From: Polyangiaceae bacterium
GTDB taxonomy: Bacteria; Myxococcota_A; Polyangia; Polyangiales; Polyangiaceae
NCBI GenBank assembly: GCA_036560665.1
Contig: DATBQU010000343.1
Coordinates: 1-50,955 of the forward strand
Direction: 5' to 3'
DNA: 50,955 bases
Numbering within the stretch: position 1 is the stretch's first letter; the number at the start of each line of letters is the position of its first letter. Shown one piece after another: positions 46,885-50,955 of the stretch. Made by a program: the position numbers and the translations under genes. The notes below the pieces were generated by a model that was not told where the DNA came from, ran no database searches, and was given only the letters and a program-made list of their open reading frames with translations.

Positions 46885-47139
46885 CGCCTCGCGGACCGCG
46901 CGACCGTCGTCGAGGGCTCCTACCCTTGGGGCGTTCGCGCCCGAGGCGCCCCACGCCGCGGCCGGGGTGTGCGCAACTACTCGGTATCGGTCGTGTTCCG
47001 GCGCGCGCGCTCCGCCCCACGGATGCTCTGCCAGAGCGGGGGGATCTTCGCCTCGTGGATTGGACCATGTTCGCTGCTCCTCTCTCATCCCCTCGTCCGG
47101 GAGCGGCGAATCTGGAAAGGGCCGATGCATTTTCTTTCG

Positions 47140-47151
47140 TCGACCGGTCGA
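47140..47151. promoter_or_regulatory. Perfect 12-bp palindrome upstream of msrA (possible operator)
   Basis: TCGACCGGTCGA, 60-85 bp upstream of the msrA start candidates, in AT-richer sequence. Confidence 0.3.
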
Positions 47152-47224
47152 TTTCATGAGCCGAGCTGGCGGAAACCGGCGAAACGCACGCCCCCCCTCG
47201 CGCGTACTCATGGACAACGCCGCC

Positions 47225-47929
47225 ATGAAGCTCTCCCTCGCTCCGCTCCTCGTCTGCGTCTGTGCGCTGGCCTCGCTCCCCGCGCTCGCCTTGCTCGCCG
47301 GCTGCCACGCCTCCCGCACCACGGCCGACGTCACCCCCGAGCCCTCCACCGCCAGCGCGGCCAGCGCAGCGGCCGCGCCGGCGCACCTGGGGACCGATCC
47401 CGGTCACGCCGGAAGAGGCACGCCGCTCACGCCGACGGGGCACGACAAGCTGGCCGCCTTCGCGGCGGGGTGCTTCTGGGGCGTGGAGGACGCGTACCGC
47501 CACGTGCCCGGCGTGGTCGCCACCGCCGTCGGCTACGCGGGCGGGCAGACGACCGATCCGGACTACGAGCAGGTGTGCACCCACCGGACCGGGCACGCCG
47601 AGACGGTTCTCGTCGAGTACGATCCGACCCGCATCCCGTACGAGCAGCTGCTGCGCGTGTTCTGGAAGATCCACGATCCCACGCAGGCCGACGGCCAGGG
47701 GCCGGACCTGGGGAGCAACTACCGCAGCGTGGTCTTCACCTTCGACGCGGAGGAGGCGGCGGCGGCGCGGGCGTCGATGCAGGCCGAGCAGAAGACGCTC
47801 GACCGGCCCATCACCACGTCGATCGTGCCCATGCCCGCCTTCTGGAAGGCCGAGGAGTACCACCAGCAGTACACGGAGCGGACGGGGCACCACGGCTGCC
47901 CCATCCGCGTGCCGGTGGACACGCTCTAG
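47225..47929 (+). CDS. msrA: Peptide methionine (S)-S-oxide reductase with a lipoprotein signal peptide
   Basis: Active site AAGCFWGVE and GYAGG...YEQVC...GHAE. The N-terminus MKLSLAPLLVCVCALASLPALALLAGC carries a lipobox. An alternative start is ATG 47210. Confidence 0.9.
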   Translation: MKLSLAPLLVCVCALASLPALALLAGCHASRTTADVTPEPSTASAASAAAAPAHLGTDPGHAGRGTPLTPTGHDKLAAFAAGCFWGVEDAYRHVPGVVATAVGYAGGQTTDPDYEQVCTHRTGHAETVLVEYDPTRIPYEQLLRVFWKIHDPTQADGQGPDLGSNYRSVVFTFDAEEAAAARASMQAEQKTLDRPITTSIVPMPAFWKAEEYHQQYTERTGHHGCPIRVPVDTL

Positions 47930-49008
47930 CCGCCGCCCGCGGTTGCGGGCGGGGTGGGGGGCGGGGCGGGGACGACGACGCTCTCGGCGTCGACGAGCTG
48001 CCGCAGCTTGACCACGCTGTCGGCCTCGGCCAGCACGATGAGCGTCGTGCCCTCGCCGATGACGTAGTCGGGATCGGGGTTGTAGGTGAAGGCGAGATCG
48101 CTCCCGCGCACGGCGACGACGAGGGCGCGCGTCTCGCGGCGGATGGGCGTGTCCTTGAGCGCCATCCCCACGAAGGGCGAGCCGCGCCGCACGGTGACCT
48201 CCTCGAGACGCAGGTTCTTGTCCTTGTCGCGCAGCATCTGGTCGAGGAACTCGTTCACGTAGGGGCGAATGAGCTCGCTGGCGAGGCGGCGGGCGCCGAT
48301 CATGGTGGGGTTGACGATGGACGACGCGCCGGCCTTGAGGATCTTGGGCGCCGCCTCGTCCTCGACCACCTTGCTGACGATGCGCGCGCCCGCGTTGAAG
48401 CTGCGCGCGCTGAGGGTGACGTAGAGGTTGTCCTTGTCGAGCGTGAGCGCCGCGACCACGCCGCGCGCCCGCTCCACGCCGGCAGCCAGGAGCTGGTGGT
48501 CGTGCGTGGCGTCGCCGTGGACGTAGAGCATCTTGCCGCCGCAGAGGTCGGTGGACACGTGCTGGAGGGCCTGCTCGCTGCGGTCGATGACGACGAACGG
48601 CGTCTGCGTGGCCACCAGCTCCTCGATGACGTGCTTGCCCGTCCCGCCCGCGCCGGCCACGACGATGTGCTTCGACAGCTTCGCGATCTCTCTCTGCATG
48701 CGCCTTCTCCGCCAGGCATGACCGATGACGCCCTCGACGAGCAGGGCAGTGAGGTTGGACTGCATGTACGCCAGGACGCCGACGCCGCTGATGATGAGCC
48801 CCACGGTGAGGCCGCGCGCGCCCGGGACGTCGCTCATGTGGCCGAGCTCGAAGAAGCCGACCGTCGAGATGGTGATGACGGTCATGTACGCGCAGTCGGC
48901 CAGGCTCCAGCGCTCGTGGCCCAGCGCGAAGTAGCCCAGCGTCCCGATGGCGACGAGCGTCGCGAAGACGCCGACGGCGGCGACGAGGCGGCGGATGGAC
49001 GCGCTCAC
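47926..49008 (-). CDS. Two-TM potassium-channel-type pore protein with RCK (TrkA-N/TrkA-C) domains
   Basis: GTG start. TM1, a pore helix plus filter (MTVITISTVGFFELG), then TM2. Rossmann motif VVAGAGGTGKH. A TrkA-C-like C-terminus. Confidence 0.85.
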   Translation of the reverse strand: MSASIRRLVAAVGVFATLVAIGTLGYFALGHERWSLADCAYMTVITISTVGFFELGHMSDVPGARGLTVGLIISGVGVLAYMQSNLTALLVEGVIGHAWRRRRMQREIAKLSKHIVVAGAGGTGKHVIEELVATQTPFVVIDRSEQALQHVSTDLCGGKMLYVHGDATHDHQLLAAGVERARGVVAALTLDKDNLYVTLSARSFNAGARIVSKVVEDEAAPKILKAGASSIVNPTMIGARRLASELIRPYVNEFLDQMLRDKDKNLRLEEVTVRRGSPFVGMALKDTPIRRETRALVVAVRGSDLAFTYNPDPDYVIGEGTTLIVLAEADSVVKLRQLVDAESVVVPAPPPTPPATAGGG

Positions 49009-49020
49009 GGGCTGTCCAGG

Positions 49021-49887
49021 TTACCGCAAGTCGGCGAGCGCCTCGTCGATCCGTGGGACGTCGAAGGTGAAGCCGGCCTCGGTGAGCTTGCGCGGCGCCA
49101 CCCGCTGCCCCGTGAGGAGCATCTCTGCCAGGCCGCCCCCCAGCGCCAGCTTCAACGCGAAGGCCGGCACGCGGATCGCGGCCGGCCGGCCGAGCGCCGC
49201 GCCGAGCGCGCGCGCGAGGTCGTTCATGGTGACGGGGTCGGGCGCGACCAGGTTGACCGGGCCGGAGAGCGCGGCGTGGTCGACGGTGAAGAGGAGCGCG
49301 CGCACGGTGTCGCGCAGGTCGATCCAGCTGACCCACTGGGTGCCGGGGCCGATGGGGCCGCCGGCGAACCACCGGAAGGCGCCGGTCATCCTGGCCAGCG
49401 CGCCGCCACGACCGAGGACGACGCCGATGCGCGGATGAACGACGCGCACGCCGGCCGCGCGCGCGGGCTCCGCGGCCGCCTCCCACGCCACGACGATGCG
49501 GGCGAGGACGTCGTCGCCGGGGGCGGAGTGCTCGTCGAGGAGGGCGTCGTCGCGCCGCATCCCGTAGACGCCGATGGCCGAGCCGCTGACGAAGACGGCG
49601 GGCTTGCGGCGCGCCCCGGCGATGGCGCGCGCGAGGCGGTCGGTGGTGTCGACGCGGCTGGCGCGGATGCGCTCGAGGCGCACGGGGGTCCAGCGGGCGT
49701 CGGCCACCGGCTCCCCGGCCAGGTGCACCACGGCGTCGGCGCGCTCCACCTCGGCCTCGACGGCATCCCAGCGGACGGGGCCGCGGCGCGAGACGACGAT
49801 GGCCTCGTCTTTCCGCTCCTGGAGGGCACGGGCCAGCGCGGCGCCGATGAAGCCCGTCCCGCCGGTCAGGAGAACCCGCTTACCCAT
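49021..49887 (-). CDS. TIGR01777/YfcH-like NAD-dependent epimerase family protein (SDR39U1 type)
   Basis: N-terminus VLLTGGTGFIGAAL, about 290 aa, with a DUF1731-like C-terminus (LLTGQRVAPRKLTEAGFTF). Confidence 0.8.
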   Translation of the reverse strand: MGKRVLLTGGTGFIGAALARALQERKDEAIVVSRRGPVRWDAVEAEVERADAVVHLAGEPVADARWTPVRLERIRASRVDTTDRLARAIAGARRKPAVFVSGSAIGVYGMRRDDALLDEHSAPGDDVLARIVVAWEAAAEPARAAGVRVVHPRIGVVLGRGGALARMTGAFRWFAGGPIGPGTQWVSWIDLRDTVRALLFTVDHAALSGPVNLVAPDPVTMNDLARALGAALGRPAAIRVPAFALKLALGGGLAEMLLTGQRVAPRKLTEAGFTFDVPRIDEALADLR

Positions 49888-49997
49888 GGATGGTGCGCCT
49901 CGTGCATGCAGGGAGCCCCCCGAAGGCCCCGTTTGACGGCCGCTACGGCTGCACTATGGTGGCGCGCGCCCGGGAAGCGACGCGAGGCCCTTCTACG

Positions 49998-50955
49998 ATG
50001 TGGAAGAAGATACGCGCGTTCCTGTTCGGCGCGCCGAAGGACGTTCACTCGGCCAAGACGTTCCACAGCATCTCGCTGGTCGCGATGCTGGCGTGGGTCG
50101 GTCTGGGCGCCGACGGGCTGTCGTCCTCGTCCTACGGACCGGACGCGGCGTTCCGCGAGATCATGACGCCGGGGCACGACTACTCGTCGCTGGCCGTGTT
50201 TCTCGCCATCGGCACCGCGGTGACCGTCTTCATCATCTCCTACGCCTACACACGCATCATCGAACACTTCCCCTCCGGCGGCGGCGGGTATGTCGTCGCC
50301 ACGAAGCTGCTCGGGCCGCGGTTCGGCGTCGTCAGCGGCTCGGCGCTGCTCGTCGACTACATCCTCACCATCACCACGTCCATCGCCGCCGGCGGCGAGG
50401 CGGTCTTCTACCTCATCCCGCGCGGGTGGTTCGGGATCGCCGCCACGCGCTTGTCGACGGAGGACATCGGCACGTGGCTCGATCCGGTGCAGCGGACCAA
50501 GGTCGTCGTCGAGGTCGCCGCCACGCTGGTCCTGATGGTCCTCAACATCCGCGGCGTCAAGGAGTCGGTGGCGGCCATAACGCCCATCTTCGCCGCGTTC
50601 GTGCTGACGCACGCCGTTCTCCTCATCGTCGCCATCGGGGGCCATCTCGGGGTGGTGGCGGAGGTCACGCGCGAGACAACGGAGAACATGCACCACACGC
50701 TGGGCTCGCTCGGCGCCTTCGGCGCGCTCCTGCTCTTCGTACGGGCGTACTCGCTGGGAGGAGGCACCTACACCGGGATCGAGGCCGTCTCCAACGGCGT
50801 CCCCATCATGCGCGAGCCCAAGGCCCGGACGGCCAAGCGCACGATGATCCTGATGGCGACCTCGCTGTCGATCACCGCCGGCGGCATCGTGCTCGCCTAC
50901 CTCCTCGTGCACGTCTCGCCGGACTTCAACGACTCGACCAAACCGATGAACGCCA
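49998..50955 (+). CDS. APC-superfamily permease, KimA-like, truncated at its 3-prime end by the window edge
   Basis: My own translation from ATG 49998 is MWKKIRAFLFGAPKD...LGADGLSSSSYGPD...FPSGGGGYVVATKLLG...ALLVDYILTITTSIAAG. The frame stays open to the window end. It is absent from the ORF track because it has no stop codon. Confidence 0.8.
   Translation, partial: MWKKIRAFLFGAPKDVHSAKTFHSISLVAMLAWVGLGADGLSSSSYGPDAAFREIMTPGHDYSSLAVFLAIGTAVTVFIISYAYTRIIEHFPSGGGGYVVATKLLGPRFGVVSGSALLVDYILTITTSIAAGGEAVFYLIPRGWFGIAATRLSTEDIGTWLDPVQRTKVVVEVAATLVLMVLNIRGVKESVAAITPIFAAFVLTHAVLLIVAIGGHLGVVAEVTRETTENMHHTLGSLGAFGALLLFVRAYSLGGGTYTGIEAVSNGVPIMREPKARTAKRTMILMATSLSITAGGIVLAYLLVHVSPDFNDSTKPMNA

Noticed and set aside
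46556-47224. Mobile element or genomic-island boundary explaining the lower-GC patch
   Set aside because: No transposase, integrase, tRNA or terminal inverted or direct repeats were seen around it. The flanking genes have native codon usage.
47926-47929. Four-nt overlap of the convergent msrA and channel stop codons (CTAG)
   Set aside because: It is real but is a trivial consequence of two TAG stops sharing a palindrome. No terminator structure is associated with it.

Overview
High-GC (roughly 70%) chromosomal window, most likely from a member of the Myxococcota. Supporting markers are a MYXO-CTERM sorting tag, a TIGR02265/DUF2378-type protein, AgmX/PglI-type two-Cys C-terminal domains, tandem Ser/Thr kinases and a sigma54 enhancer-binding protein. 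About 48 protein genes are supported, mostly housekeeping: a 2-oxo acid dehydrogenase E2, purQ and purL, hemA, hemC and a ccsA-like gene, udk, pssA, msrA, an SthA-like transhydrogenase and a YbgF-like/LysM envelope operon. These are interspersed with lineage-specific lipoproteins and signalling proteins. No rRNA, tRNA, CRISPR array, transposase or integrase was recognised. Four things the gene list does not explain: (1) a lower-GC patch at 46.57-46.88 kb made of about 15 degenerate 21-bp units, several of them 7-6-7 hairpins whose arms differ in sequence but stay complementary, directly upstream of an FN3-domain gene. (2) Eight tandem 21-bp units, each carrying a GGATCGCGATCC-type palindrome, between the divergent purQ and purL genes. 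(3) A near-consensus sigma54 promoter preceded by an NtrC-style 7-N3-7 dyad and phased TCGCGA half-sites, in front of an M15 peptidase (MYXO-CTERM) / SUFU-like / thioesterase / EBP gene string. (4) A four-domain MshEN / HD-GYP / receiver / DUF4388 protein. All domain calls come from motif recognition by eye. No database search or folding program was run, and start codons are often uncertain in this GC-rich DNA.
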